Shown here one piece after another: positions 1-9,609 of a stretch of 64,000 bases of DNA. The stretch's first letter is position 1, and each line of letters begins with the position of its first letter. Under the pieces are notes generated by a model. That model searched no databases. It saw only the letters and a list, made by a program, of their open reading frames with translations, and had not been told where the DNA came from. A program made the position numbers and the translations under genes. The DNA comes from a virus. The stretch spans positions 9,268 to 73,267 of IMG/VR virus record IMGVR_UViG_3300042306_000227. The stretch is one strand, 5' to 3'.

Positions 1-9
1 GGAGGAATC

Positions 10-282
10 ATGTATAGAGGGGAGAGGTTCCCTGGCTTTAATAAGCCAAAGAATGCGCCTGCTGGTAGCCCAAAGAAAAAGGTGGTACTTGCTAAGAAAG
101 GCAATAAGGTTAAAAAGATTGGATTTGGATACAGAGGCATGAGTGATTTCACTAAGCACAAGAACGAAAAAAGAAGAAGAAACTACTTAGCTCGTTCTGG
201 TGGTATTAGAAACAAGTCAGGCGCCTTGACAAGAAATGATATATTCTCCGCCAACTATTGGGCTAGGAGAGTTCTATGGTAG
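10..282 (+). CDS. Small basic phage protein (DUF5754-like)
   Basis: Lys/Arg-rich 90 aa; GFGYRGMSDFTKHKN..RRRNYLAR..SANYWARRVLW pattern recalled from a viral DUF5754-type family; followed by a terminator. Confidence 0.6.
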   Translation: MYRGERFPGFNKPKNAPAGSPKKKVVLAKKGNKVKKIGFGYRGMSDFTKHKNEKRRRNYLARSGGIRNKSGALTRNDIFSANYWARRVLW

Positions 283-315
283 ATTTTTCTGGTTTTCATA
301 TTGATTTTTGGTTAG

Positions 316-344
316 GCCCCTCCACCGCAAAGGAGGGGTTTTTT
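316..344 (+). terminator. Intrinsic terminator
   Basis: GCCCCTCC-accgcaaa-GGAGGGGT followed by a T-run. Confidence 0.8.
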
Positions 345-392
345 AATTGCATTCTTGCAATCCTCTAGTGAAATGAAATGCATGCAATTTTG

Positions 393-400
393 TAGCTTTG
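393..400 (+). promoter_or_regulatory. Bacteroidota -7 promoter box, leaderless configuration
   Basis: TAGCTTTG, 4 nt before the ATG at 405. Confidence 0.7.
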
Positions 401-404
401 CGCC

Positions 405-839
405 ATGCACCTATTTAAGATTTTTAGTTTCGGTAAAGTAATTTACAAAGGCCTCTACGACTCCTTGCAGGTGCTAGATAAGACTACGCCTAGCTTTAAA
501 GGATGTGGTAATGAATTCCATGAAAATAGGGAATGGTGGGTGTCTGTAAACAATAAAAATGAGATTATTGCATACTGTGGTTCTATATATACAGAAGGCA
601 TCTGTATATTCAACAGAGCATGGGTGTCACCTAAGTTAAGAGGAAGGGGTATGCAAAAGAGAATGATAAGATTAAGACTTAAGAGAGCTAGAGAGATATC
701 TAGAATCGTAATCACATATACTACACCAGATAACTACAATAGTGTAAACAATCTAATATCATGTGGGTTTAAGTTATACGGCCCAGAGTATGCATATGGT
801 GGGAGACAAATGTTATACTTCATGCACAACTTAGGATAA
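405..839 (+). CDS. GNAT-family acetyltransferase
   Basis: Motif A-like WVSPKLRGRGMQKRM; motif B-like N..S.NNLISCGF. Confidence 0.85.
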   Translation: MHLFKIFSFGKVIYKGLYDSLQVLDKTTPSFKGCGNEFHENREWWVSVNNKNEIIAYCGSIYTEGICIFNRAWVSPKLRGRGMQKRMIRLRLKRAREISRIVITYTTPDNYNSVNNLISCGFKLYGPEYAYGGRQMLYFMHNLG

Positions 840-872
840 AGTTCGCTAACTTTGCTTTTAAACAAAGGGATA

Positions 873-1445
873 ATGAACATACTACACGGCAAGGCATTGG
901 TGTTGGTAGACCCAGAGGCAAAGGCTAAAAAGAAGATAAGCACACCTTTTGGGGATATTGAATTACACCTAGCTACTGACTTTTCTTGGGATAGTAAAGT
1001 CAAAGAGTCTACCAATGGAATTTTATTAGAAAGCTTTCAGGGCGTACCAAAAGGTACCGAAGTTATTTTTAACCATCGTGCTACTACTCAGGACAATGAG
1101 ATAGACGATAAAATATTTTTAATAGATGGGCCTTTCATATACTTCTACATGGACAATGGTGAACCTGTCCCATTTGACAATCACTATCTCATCAAAAGAA
1201 TCAATAAGCCAAGAATTGAGTCAAAGTTTATGCATATACCAGATAACGTGCCCACAGAGGTTTATGACAACATCTTTGAGATTGTCAAGACCCCTAAAGG
1301 TTGCGATAAGTTCAAAGCAGGACAAAGAGTAATTGCATACAAATACAGCGACTACGCAATACCTTATGCTGTTGATGGAGTACACGGAACGGCAATTAGA
1401 TTAAAAGAAGAAGACATATTAGCATTATATCATGAGCAAATATAA
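873..1445 (+). CDS. Co-chaperonin GroES-like protein (two tandem GroES-like folds)
   Basis: P.DNHYLIK..FKAGQRVI..IRLKEEDILA pattern, with a weaker N-terminal copy; start moved to ATG 873, downstream of TAACTTTG (847-854). Confidence 0.6.
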   Translation: MNILHGKALVLVDPEAKAKKKISTPFGDIELHLATDFSWDSKVKESTNGILLESFQGVPKGTEVIFNHRATTQDNEIDDKIFLIDGPFIYFYMDNGEPVPFDNHYLIKRINKPRIESKFMHIPDNVPTEVYDNIFEIVKTPKGCDKFKAGQRVIAYKYSDYAIPYAVDGVHGTAIRLKEEDILALYHEQI

Positions 1446-1737
1446 TTTAGAAGAAGAGATTAGTCTCTACAGACAAGATGGTATCGTAGGCATGTACTAC
1501 GCATTAAACAAGAAACTCAATGAGCTTACTAAAGCTATTGATGGTGCAGACATTAACTTCTCAGATAAAGACGACAAATCTTTTGATAGGTTGATGAAGG
1601 CAATGGTTGAGTGTAAATACATTGCTGAGAATATGAAATGGCTTCGCACAGAGTTTGCACTTACTGGAGATGAAGCTAAGGATAAGTCACATGCTTCTAG
1701 AAAACCATTAATTGAAACACTTACAAGGAATGCTTAG
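1432..1737 (+). CDS. Hypothetical protein, possible terminase small subunit
   Basis: Helical 101 aa, coupled to neighbours, two genes upstream of terL; assignment is positional only. Confidence 0.45.
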   Translation: MSKYNLEEEISLYRQDGIVGMYYALNKKLNELTKAIDGADINFSDKDDKSFDRLMKAMVECKYIAENMKWLRTEFALTGDEAKDKSHASRKPLIETLTRNA

Positions 1738-2311
1738 TCTTATACAACTAACCAGAACTGAATTAATAGAGATTGTAAGAGATTTAAAAAAACAGCTATA
1801 TGCACTTGAGGCAAAGCGTAAAAGAAATATAGATGTATTAGAGAGAAGAGTTGTTAGGAAGAACGATAAGATAAGAAAGCAAAGTGGAATCATATTTATA
1901 CTAGAGAAAAGACTTTATGGGCAAAAGCTAAAAACAAGCAAGGTAAAGACACAAGCTAAGAATGAGGCGTATGAAGAGGCTACAAATAATATTGTAAACA
2001 AAGAAAAGTCTCTGATTGATATTAGCAAGTACCACATGTCTATACTTGAGTTGTCAGAAGTATTTGGTGAGTCGCCAGCTACAATTGTAGTACTTTTATG
2101 GGCAGGGAGATATGAATACTATTCTAAGAAAGAGTTTAACATCAACTTCCCAGACTCCCCAATAAACTTTGTTAAGTATAATACTACACTGAATAAAAGA
2201 GGGTTATGTAATAAGTGGGATAATAAAAGGTACTACTATTACATATCAGCATCTGGCAAGGATATGATTGCAAGAATTAACAAGTACATAGAAAAACGAA
2301 TGAATGGTTGA
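1730..2311 (+). CDS. Coiled-coil protein with probable C-terminal winged helix
   Basis: N-terminal heptads; C-terminal LNKRGLC..YYISASGKDMI resembles a MarR-type wing; overlaps terL start. Confidence 0.5.
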   Translation: MLSLIQLTRTELIEIVRDLKKQLYALEAKRKRNIDVLERRVVRKNDKIRKQSGIIFILEKRLYGQKLKTSKVKTQAKNEAYEEATNNIVNKEKSLIDISKYHMSILELSEVFGESPATIVVLLWAGRYEYYSKKEFNINFPDSPINFVKYNTTLNKRGLCNKWDNKRYYYYISASGKDMIARINKYIEKRMNG

Positions 2312-4328
2312 GACAGTAGAAATATACGGAATCAAGATTAAGCTACCTGAACGATTTAAAGTTCACAAGCGCTCAGAATACAAACGAGACCAAAAGTTTG
2401 AAAGGATTACATTCCCAGATAGCTTTTACTCAATTGAATTTGCTGAAGACGGAGTTGCGCTGTATAGCGAAGAGCAAGTGCAATACATTACGGATGAGTA
2501 CGAAAAGATGAAGCATGGCTATTGGTTTTATAACAATGGCGTGCCAACATATATCACAGGCCTCCACTACTTCTATTTAAACTACTGGACACTAGAGGAT
2601 GGCTCTAGGCCAGATTACAGAGATGCAGATAGAAGATGGTTTATTTACAGAGAGCATTGTGAATCATTGCCATACTGCTTTGGAGTTATACGTATTAAGA
2701 AGCGTCGTGAGGGAGCTACATCACAAGAGGCATGTGCGCTTGTTTACAAAGCGATTATGAAGCCTAAGTCTAACTGCGGAATAGTAAGTAAGACAGGTAA
2801 TCCAGATGCTAGAGATGTGTTCCAGAAAATGGTTGTGTGGGGATACAAGAACCTACCAGTATTCTTAAAGCCATCTGTGGAAGATGAGACATCTAAAACA
2901 AGTTTAGTATTCTCTCCTCCAAAAAGAAAAACAAAAAGTAATACAAGAACTAAGGGTCAAGTATTTGATGATGACATGGGATTAGAGTCTGTGATTGATT
3001 ACAGAAGCACTGCACTAAACTCATATGACTCTGGTCGTGTTACAGCAATACTTATTGACGAGGGTGGTAAGTGGCCAAAGGATGTGCCTATTAACAAGTA
3101 CTGGCCTATTGTAAGAAAGACCCTAACGAAGGGTATGATTAAAGTAGGTTTTGCTGTTATACCATCTACTGTGAATGACTCTGATAATGGAGGTAATGAG
3201 TTTAAAGAATTATTTGATGGTAGCTATGCTAGCGAAACAAGCAAGTTTACGGCTACAGGATTGTACCAATACTTCTGCCCAGCATACGATGGGTATGAAG
3301 GTTTTATAGATGAGTATGGGATGTCTATTATTGATAAGCCCACGAAAGAACAACAGCAATACATTAAAGAAAAGTTTGGTATTGATATAGAGGTTGGAGC
3401 AAAGGACTTCTTGATGCAACAAAGAACACTTATCAAAGACCCTACTGCCTTATCTGAAGAGGTTAGAATGAACCCATTCTCAGTAGAGGAGGCATTTAAG
3501 ATTGATGCCAAGAAATGTTATTTTGATAGCGAGATGATATACGAGCAGTTGAATATACTTTCAGTAGAGCCTGTCAGAAAAAGAAGAGGTAGATTCTTAT
3601 GGAAGGATGGGGTAAAAGGTGGAGATGTTGTATTCAGCGATGCTACAGATGGGGAATGGAGTGTAATAGAACTACCAGATGTTTCCAACTTATCACAGCA
3701 CGGAGATAGGGGTAGAGTCCCAGGAAACACACCTGTCTATGTGATGGGGGTTGACCCATTCAGAAACTCTATCGTAAACTCAAAGTATGGCTCTATGGGT
3801 TCAGCATGGATGATGAAAAAATTCAATGCCGCAGACCCAGAAAACACAGGATTGCCAGTTGCCCATTACTATGGAAGACCAAGATTAAAGACATTGTTTG
3901 ATGAGGAAATGTTAAAGGCTGCTATCTACTATGGTTGCAAGATAGTATATGAGATGGATGCCAGTGATGATATTGTAAGAACTGCAATGGAGCTTAAGCT
4001 ATTAAACTACTTAAGTAAAACTCCAGATTCTGCTATCAAGCCAGGCAAGGAAGGACAGAAAAATAAAGAGTGGGGAGTTAAGAGTTCTGACCCATACGCA
4101 ATGGGACAACAGCTTGAATTAGCAATCCAGTACACAAATAGTCACATACACAAATTATATTATGAAGAGCTTTTAGAGGAAATGCTTGTTTACGACCATA
4201 TGAATCGTACGGAATATGACCGTACAGTTAGTTTTATGATATCACTCCTTGGGATGATGGGTCATAGGACAAAACAGGAGTCTATGGTTAAAACATTGCC
4301 AATTCAAACCTTTAAGCTTAAATTGTAA
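2304..4328 (+). CDS. terL: Terminase large subunit
   Basis: Walker A-like KKRREGAT, Walker B ILIDEGGK, coupling motif ST, RNase H-fold VMGVDP, C-terminal YDRTVS. Confidence 0.92.
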   Translation: MVETVEIYGIKIKLPERFKVHKRSEYKRDQKFERITFPDSFYSIEFAEDGVALYSEEQVQYITDEYEKMKHGYWFYNNGVPTYITGLHYFYLNYWTLEDGSRPDYRDADRRWFIYREHCESLPYCFGVIRIKKRREGATSQEACALVYKAIMKPKSNCGIVSKTGNPDARDVFQKMVVWGYKNLPVFLKPSVEDETSKTSLVFSPPKRKTKSNTRTKGQVFDDDMGLESVIDYRSTALNSYDSGRVTAILIDEGGKWPKDVPINKYWPIVRKTLTKGMIKVGFAVIPSTVNDSDNGGNEFKELFDGSYASETSKFTATGLYQYFCPAYDGYEGFIDEYGMSIIDKPTKEQQQYIKEKFGIDIEVGAKDFLMQQRTLIKDPTALSEEVRMNPFSVEEAFKIDAKKCYFDSEMIYEQLNILSVEPVRKRRGRFLWKDGVKGGDVVFSDATDGEWSVIELPDVSNLSQHGDRGRVPGNTPVYVMGVDPFRNSIVNSKYGSMGSAWMMKKFNAADPENTGLPVAHYYGRPRLKTLFDEEMLKAAIYYGCKIVYEMDASDDIVRTAMELKLLNYLSKTPDSAIKPGKEGQKNKEWGVKSSDPYAMGQQLELAIQYTNSHIHKLYYEELLEEMLVYDHMNRTEYDRTVSFMISLLGMMGHRTKQESMVKTLPIQTFKLKL

Positions 4329-4353
4329 TATCTTTGTAAAATAAAGAGTTGTA

Positions 4354-6651
4354 ATGTCTAATAACAGTAATGCATTATTGAATTTCCATTCCGCTTCTCC
4401 TGAAAAGAAGAGGACTATGGAATTTGGGTTGAAAATAGCCCAACATATTGAAAAACATTGGAAAAGTGAGTACTACACTGATAGAAACAAGAGAATTGAA
4501 AAAAATATCAAGTTTGCTACAGGAAAACAACCAATGCAAGAATACCTATCTCAAATGAGCTTGGATGGTAAGGATGTATATATTAACATAGATACAACAC
4601 CTCCTCCTATCGCTCCTAAGTTTGTAGAGGTAATCATAGGCAGCTTGATGAAAAGAGAGGAGAAGCCTAGAGTATCAGCTGTAGACCCAGTATCATTACA
4701 ACAGAAGTTTAACGACAAGTCTGACTCTAAGTTCTTAATGGAGAACATGGATTTTGTAAAGGAATTAGAAGGACAGCTAAATACCAAACTTGTAGATGAG
4801 AATCAGTTTATCCCAGAAGATAATGATGACTTAAATCTTTACTACGAGCTAGAGCATAGAATACCAGAAGAAATATTCTTTGAACAAGGTATTCAGTACG
4901 TATGGGACAGCAACTCAACTAATGTAATTAAAAGAAGAGTAATATTTGATGTAGTTACGGCTGGTTATGCTGGAACTAGAACTATAATGGATGAGCAAGG
5001 AAAGATTAAACTTAAGAGATGTATCCCTCAAAATCTAATCTACTCATTCTCTGAGTATGATGACTTTAGAGATGCATCATTTATAGGCGAGGTTCAACCA
5101 ATGAAGATTAGCGAAATTCGTGTACTATACCCAGATTTAGATGAGGAGAAGCTATTCCAAATATCTCAGAAGGCTAAGAACAGACAATCTATTAGCAGAT
5201 GGGATGAGAGATGGAGAAGCGCTGAGACTAGACCATATGACGAGTTAGCGGTAGACATTTTGATGTTTGAATTAAAGACAATTGATAATTTATTATATCA
5301 GGTTAAAAAGACTGCCAACGGCTCTGTAGCTGTTGACAAAAAGGAAAGAATGCCTGAAAGACTTGGAGAGAATAAAGAAATGATTGACAAATCAATCTTC
5401 GTAATCTATCAAGGTGCTTATGTTATTGATAGCAATATCATGATTGAATGGAAGAAGCAGAAGAACATGATTAAACCTTCTATGCCAGAAAGAATGGCTG
5501 AGGCTTATTTCAGTTATTCTCTTTATATGCCAGACAACTACGAGTTAAAGAACTTACCAATGATTCAGCGTATGGAAACATCTATACGTCAAATGACATT
5601 GACACATCTTAAGATTCAACAATTAGTTGCTAAGATGAGACCTTCTGGTTTAATGATTGACATCAACAACCTTAGAAATATATCTTTAGGTGAAGGAAAG
5701 ACAGTTGAGCCATTAGAGTTACAAAAGATTTACGACCAGACTGGTAACATGTACTATAGTGGTCAAGATGAAGAGGGTAACAGACAAGGGCCTCCAATAC
5801 AAGAGCTTACAAATAGCGGTTCTGTAGCTCAGTTACAAGAGCTTATTAATATATTCAACTACTACTTAAGTAGATTAAGAGAAGAAACTGGTATCAATGA
5901 ATTAAGAGATGGTGCAGGCGTTAACCCAAGACTTGGTAACAAACAAATGCAGGCTGGTATAGCAGCGTCTAACAACGCTACTGACTTCATCTATGATTCT
6001 TATATCAATATCATTGAAAACACAATGATGAAGTGTGGTATTTTATTGACTGATGCTGTTAAGTATAAGGTTAAAGAATACTCTAATTTAATTAAGGTTC
6101 CTGTTGATAATAGATATTTTGACATCAAGGTTGAGATGATGCCTGATGATGATTACAGACAATTCTTAGAGCAAATGGTACAATCTGCCTTATCTGGTGG
6201 AGCTATTGACTTTGAGACAGCGTTTAATATTAGAAATATTAAGAATGTTAAGCTAGGAGAACTTTATCTAGCTAGAGCTACTAAGAAGAAGCAAAAAGAA
6301 TCTCAACAACAGGCTCAGCAAAACGCACAAATGAATGCTCAGTCACAGCAAGAGTCATTGCAATTAAAGGCACAAGCTGATATGCAATTAGAGCAAATGC
6401 AGGGTGAGTATAAAGTAGGGGCTGTAAAGGTTGAGCAAGAAATGAGAGGTGATAATGATATGCAGACATTTGTTATGGGTATCTTACAGAAATCATTTGA
6501 AATGGATAAACCATTGACTCCAGAGCTTCAGAATATAGTTAACATGTATTTTCAGAAAGAACAACAAAAACAACTAGCTTTGCAACAGCAGGCTGAACAG
6601 CAAGCCCAACAAGAGGCTATGGCTCAACAACAGGCACAACAACAGGGATAA
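4354..6651 (+). CDS. Portal protein
   Basis: 765 aa directly after terL; PIAPKFVEV and REETGINELRDG segments; Gln-rich C-terminal coiled coil; promoter TATCTTTG 4329-4336. Confidence 0.85.
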   Translation: MSNNSNALLNFHSASPEKKRTMEFGLKIAQHIEKHWKSEYYTDRNKRIEKNIKFATGKQPMQEYLSQMSLDGKDVYINIDTTPPPIAPKFVEVIIGSLMKREEKPRVSAVDPVSLQQKFNDKSDSKFLMENMDFVKELEGQLNTKLVDENQFIPEDNDDLNLYYELEHRIPEEIFFEQGIQYVWDSNSTNVIKRRVIFDVVTAGYAGTRTIMDEQGKIKLKRCIPQNLIYSFSEYDDFRDASFIGEVQPMKISEIRVLYPDLDEEKLFQISQKAKNRQSISRWDERWRSAETRPYDELAVDILMFELKTIDNLLYQVKKTANGSVAVDKKERMPERLGENKEMIDKSIFVIYQGAYVIDSNIMIEWKKQKNMIKPSMPERMAEAYFSYSLYMPDNYELKNLPMIQRMETSIRQMTLTHLKIQQLVAKMRPSGLMIDINNLRNISLGEGKTVEPLELQKIYDQTGNMYYSGQDEEGNRQGPPIQELTNSGSVAQLQELINIFNYYLSRLREETGINELRDGAGVNPRLGNKQMQAGIAASNNATDFIYDSYINIIENTMMKCGILLTDAVKYKVKEYSNLIKVPVDNRYFDIKVEMMPDDDYRQFLEQMVQSALSGGAIDFETAFNIRNIKNVKLGELYLARATKKKQKESQQQAQQNAQMNAQSQQESLQLKAQADMQLEQMQGEYKVGAVKVEQEMRGDNDMQTFVMGILQKSFEMDKPLTPELQNIVNMYFQKEQQKQLALQQQAEQQAQQEAMAQQQAQQQG

Positions 6652-6669
6652 ACATAAAAACAAAAAACT

Positions 6670-7818
6670 ATGACTACAAATGAAGTAAATCCATTTGATA
6701 CTGGTGCATGGAAAGACGATGAGTCTACCACTCCAGATACTAATGGAGAACAAACTACTACTGACGAAACAAAAGTAGACACACAAGACAAAACCACAGA
6801 AGATGGCGAAGCAAAACCAGACACAACCGCAGTGGATGACACCAAGAAGGATGATGGCGTTAACAACGAAGCAGTTGATAAGACGACTGATGAGGGCGAA
6901 TCTGGAGATACTTCTACGCAGGCTGAACCTGAACTAACATTCAAGAATGAGCTTTCTAAAAGAGTATTTGATGCTATCTTATCTGGCAATTATGCAGATG
7001 TTGCTCCTATTATCTACGAGCAGTCTGTGTTATCAAACTTAGATAAACTAAGCCCTCAAGATGCCGTTAAGTTACAAATGCAGTATGAGAATCCTGACAT
7101 GAGTAGCGAAGATATTGAGAAGGAGTTTAAGGACAGATATGAGTTTGAAGAAGAAAAGGTAGATACAGAATTCATGACTGAAGAGGAAATTAAAGCCCAT
7201 CAGAAAAGAGTTGAGAAAGAAAGAAAGTCTTTTGAAAAAGAGTTAAAGCGTGACGCTAGAGATGCTGTAAGGTTTCTATCTGAAAAAAGAGAAGATATTG
7301 ATATTCCTAACATCAACGAGTACATTAACTCAAAAGCTCCACAAGCTCCAGACAATTCTAAAGAAATAGATGAGTACAATGCTTATATGGAGACTGAAAG
7401 AAAGAAGTATGAAGACTCTATTGAGCCTTCTTTAGAAAAAATTACTCCATTTGAGCTAGAGTTTAAGGATGACGAGGTTAACTTTAAAGTAAACTTTGTG
7501 CCTAACAAGGAAGACTTGGAAGGAATGAAGGATAAGCTAAAAGCATTTACCTTAGAAGACTATTTTGGCCCAGAGTATTATAATCAAGAAAAAGGAGAGT
7601 ATAACACAGCTAAATTAGCTGAAGATATATACTGGAGAGAAAACAGGGAGAAGATTGTTAAGTCAATCGTATCTCAGGCAGTAGCTTCGGCTAAAGCAGA
7701 CATGCTAAAAAAGATTAAAGGCGTAAGCATTGGTGACGCCCCATCATCTTCATCATCTTCAAATACATCTAGTAGAAGTGAGTTAGATAACTTTGTAGAT
7801 AAATTATATAGCATGTAA
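6670..7818 (+). CDS. Capsid scaffolding protein
   Basis: Very acidic disordered N-terminus, helical C-terminus; lies between portal and capsid. Confidence 0.65.
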   Translation: MTTNEVNPFDTGAWKDDESTTPDTNGEQTTTDETKVDTQDKTTEDGEAKPDTTAVDDTKKDDGVNNEAVDKTTDEGESGDTSTQAEPELTFKNELSKRVFDAILSGNYADVAPIIYEQSVLSNLDKLSPQDAVKLQMQYENPDMSSEDIEKEFKDRYEFEEEKVDTEFMTEEEIKAHQKRVEKERKSFEKELKRDARDAVRFLSEKREDIDIPNINEYINSKAPQAPDNSKEIDEYNAYMETERKKYEDSIEPSLEKITPFELEFKDDEVNFKVNFVPNKEDLEGMKDKLKAFTLEDYFGPEYYNQEKGEYNTAKLAEDIYWRENREKIVKSIVSQAVASAKADMLKKIKGVSIGDAPSSSSSSNTSSRSELDNFVDKLYSM

Positions 7819-7849
7819 TCCCCGCTATAGTCTCAGTATTATAGCCCTG

Positions 7850-7876
7850 ACCCCTACCTAAAAAGTAGGGGTTTTT
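7850..7876 (+). terminator. Intrinsic terminator
   Basis: ACCCCTAC-ctaaaaa-GTAGGGGT-TTTT. Confidence 0.8.
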
Positions 7877-7906
7877 GTTTATTGTAAACAATTAAAAAAA
7901 TATATA

Positions 7907-7914
7907 TATCTTTG
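7907..7914 (+). promoter_or_regulatory. Capsid-gene promoter -7 box
   Basis: TATCTTTG, ~155 nt upstream of the capsid ATG. Confidence 0.7.
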
Positions 7915-7917
7915 TGT

Positions 7918-8068
7918 TAGATTTTTTATTTAGCAGTGCGCTAAGTTCTTATAGGCCAAGTGCGGTCAACAACATCATCACAACATTATTGGTATTTGTG
8001 CATTAGCACACCATGAGTTCAATTCTCAGGAATGTTCTATTTTTTTAAAACAAAAATGTCAAATAAAA
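7918..8068 (+). promoter_or_regulatory. Structured 5' leader of the major capsid gene
   Basis: Two hairpins with AGUGC-containing loops, then a multibranch domain closed by AACAUU/AAUGUU with a T-loop-like arm. Confidence 0.5.
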
Positions 8069-9418
8069 ATGGCTATTAATCAACCAGCTGGTGTACAGCT
8101 AACAAATGGCGTAGGTCGCCAGTTTGTAAGTGACTTGTCACTTTTGAAGCCTCAATATTTTGAAAAATTTGTTGAGAAGTATGGCAACCAAAACTACACT
8201 CAATTATTAGAGATGGTAGGTTTGAAAGCAGTAGTTCCTTCTCGTGAATTTTTCCACTTTGAGTCTTACGGTAAATTGCATTCTTCTGCAAAGATTACTG
8301 CATCTACCACTACTTCTGTTACTAACACAGGAGTAACTGTAACTTTAACTGCAGGTTCTCACTACAACAGTGGTGCTCAATCTCCTATTCGTGTAGGTGA
8401 GGTTGTTGAAGCTGCTAGCTCTGGAGTTCAGTACAAAATTACAGCAGTAAACAAAGGTACTTCAGGTGCACACACTGCAACTATCGTTCCTTTAAAGAAT
8501 GCAAGTTCTACTTTGGCTGCAGGTGAAGTTTTATTGTTCCGTGGTGTTACAGAAGCTGGTGAAGCATCTGATGCTGCAGATACAATTGCAAACTTAACTG
8601 AGAAGAAGCTTTTCACAACAACTGAAATTCGTGAAGATTTCAAAATCACTGACCGTGCTAAGATTGAAGAAATTTACTTGGATTTCCCAGGTGGTTCTTT
8701 CTACACTTACAAAGGTTTAGATGAGGCTGTAAGACGTTTCATGAATAACAAAGAGTTCAAGTTAATCTTCGGTTCTGATGCTAATAACATCGCAGGTACT
8801 GTAGGTTCTAAAGGTTTAATTCCTCAAATTGAAGCTGATGGCCAAACTTATCAATATGATACAGTTGGTAACACTGCAGGTTTCGGTATTGAAGATTTCC
8901 ATAACTTAGTTCGTCAGATTGATTTCAATGGTGGTGCTCAAGAATACCATTTCTTAATGGATTCTTACTTGAGAACTGCAGTTGATGATTCTTTATTTGC
9001 TAAGTATACTAATGGTGCTATCCAATGGGCTTCTGTTGGTGGTTCTCAGGATGTAGCTATCAAATACGGTTTTGATTCAATCAAGATTGATGGTGTTACT
9101 TTCCACTTGAAGAAATACTTACCATTCAACGCAGAAGCTGTTTACGGACAAGCTTTAGCTAACAATGCTAACAAGTATGACTTCTTCGGTGCGTTAATTC
9201 CAATGAAAGATGGTCGTGATGCTCAAACTGGTGACAAAATCCCTGCTTTACGTGTAGTATGCAATGAGGTTGAAGCTGGTAAAGAAATCAAGGTTTGGGA
9301 AACTGGTGCTTTGGCTAAGGTTCCTACATCTAGCAAAATGGAGTTAAATGTACACCACATGGGTTATTGCGGATTACAAATGTTCGCAGCTAACCAATTC
9401 TTAGTAGTTAAGAAGTAG
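8069..9418 (+). CDS. Major capsid protein
   Basis: 449 aa after the scaffold; strongly biased codons (GGT, CGT, TTC, AAC); own promoter and terminator; GSKGLIPQI segment typical of HK97-fold capsids. Confidence 0.88.
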   Translation: MAINQPAGVQLTNGVGRQFVSDLSLLKPQYFEKFVEKYGNQNYTQLLEMVGLKAVVPSREFFHFESYGKLHSSAKITASTTTSVTNTGVTVTLTAGSHYNSGAQSPIRVGEVVEAASSGVQYKITAVNKGTSGAHTATIVPLKNASSTLAAGEVLLFRGVTEAGEASDAADTIANLTEKKLFTTTEIREDFKITDRAKIEEIYLDFPGGSFYTYKGLDEAVRRFMNNKEFKLIFGSDANNIAGTVGSKGLIPQIEADGQTYQYDTVGNTAGFGIEDFHNLVRQIDFNGGAQEYHFLMDSYLRTAVDDSLFAKYTNGAIQWASVGGSQDVAIKYGFDSIKIDGVTFHLKKYLPFNAEAVYGQALANNANKYDFFGALIPMKDGRDAQTGDKIPALRVVCNEVEAGKEIKVWETGALAKVPTSSKMELNVHHMGYCGLQMFAANQFLVVKK

Positions 9419-9447
9419 TAGTGTTATAGTTTTAAATCCCAATGTAA

Positions 9448-9477
9448 GGCCCTCCAGTTCTCTGGGGGGCTTTTTTT
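9448..9477 (+). terminator. Capsid-gene terminator
   Basis: GCCCTCCAG-ttct-CTGGGGGGC-T7. Confidence 0.85.
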
Positions 9478-9478
9478 A

Positions 9479-9510
9479 TTTGGTAGATTGATTACTGGGG
9501 GTTATTTTTG
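9479..9510 (+). promoter_or_regulatory. Full Bacteroidota -33/-7 promoter with no downstream ORF
   Basis: TTTG (9479-82), 20 nt, TATTTTTG (9503-10). Confidence 0.65.
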
Positions 9511-9513
9511 TTA

Positions 9514-9573
9514 TGCTTAGGTTTTCACTTTCATTTAAATTGTCCACGAGCCCTGTTTCTACAGGGCTTTTTT
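9514..9573 (+). ncRNA. Putative ~60-nt small RNA
   Basis: Own promoter and own terminator (AGCCCTG-tttcta-CAGGGCT-T-run); no ORF; next gene has a separate promoter at 9586-9593. Confidence 0.6.
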
Positions 9574-9609
9574 AATTAAAATACCTATCTTTGCCTAAAA
9601 GGATAAAAC

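Noticed and set aside
7982-8036. tRNA gene suggested by the GAGTTCAATTCTC T-arm
   Set aside because: Only ~55 nt, no D-arm, no 7-nt anticodon loop, no CCA; kept as a structured leader
9551-9567. Cas12a repeat mimic (TTTCTAC)
   Set aside because: Only 7 nt match and the GTAGAT arm of the Cas12a stem is missing
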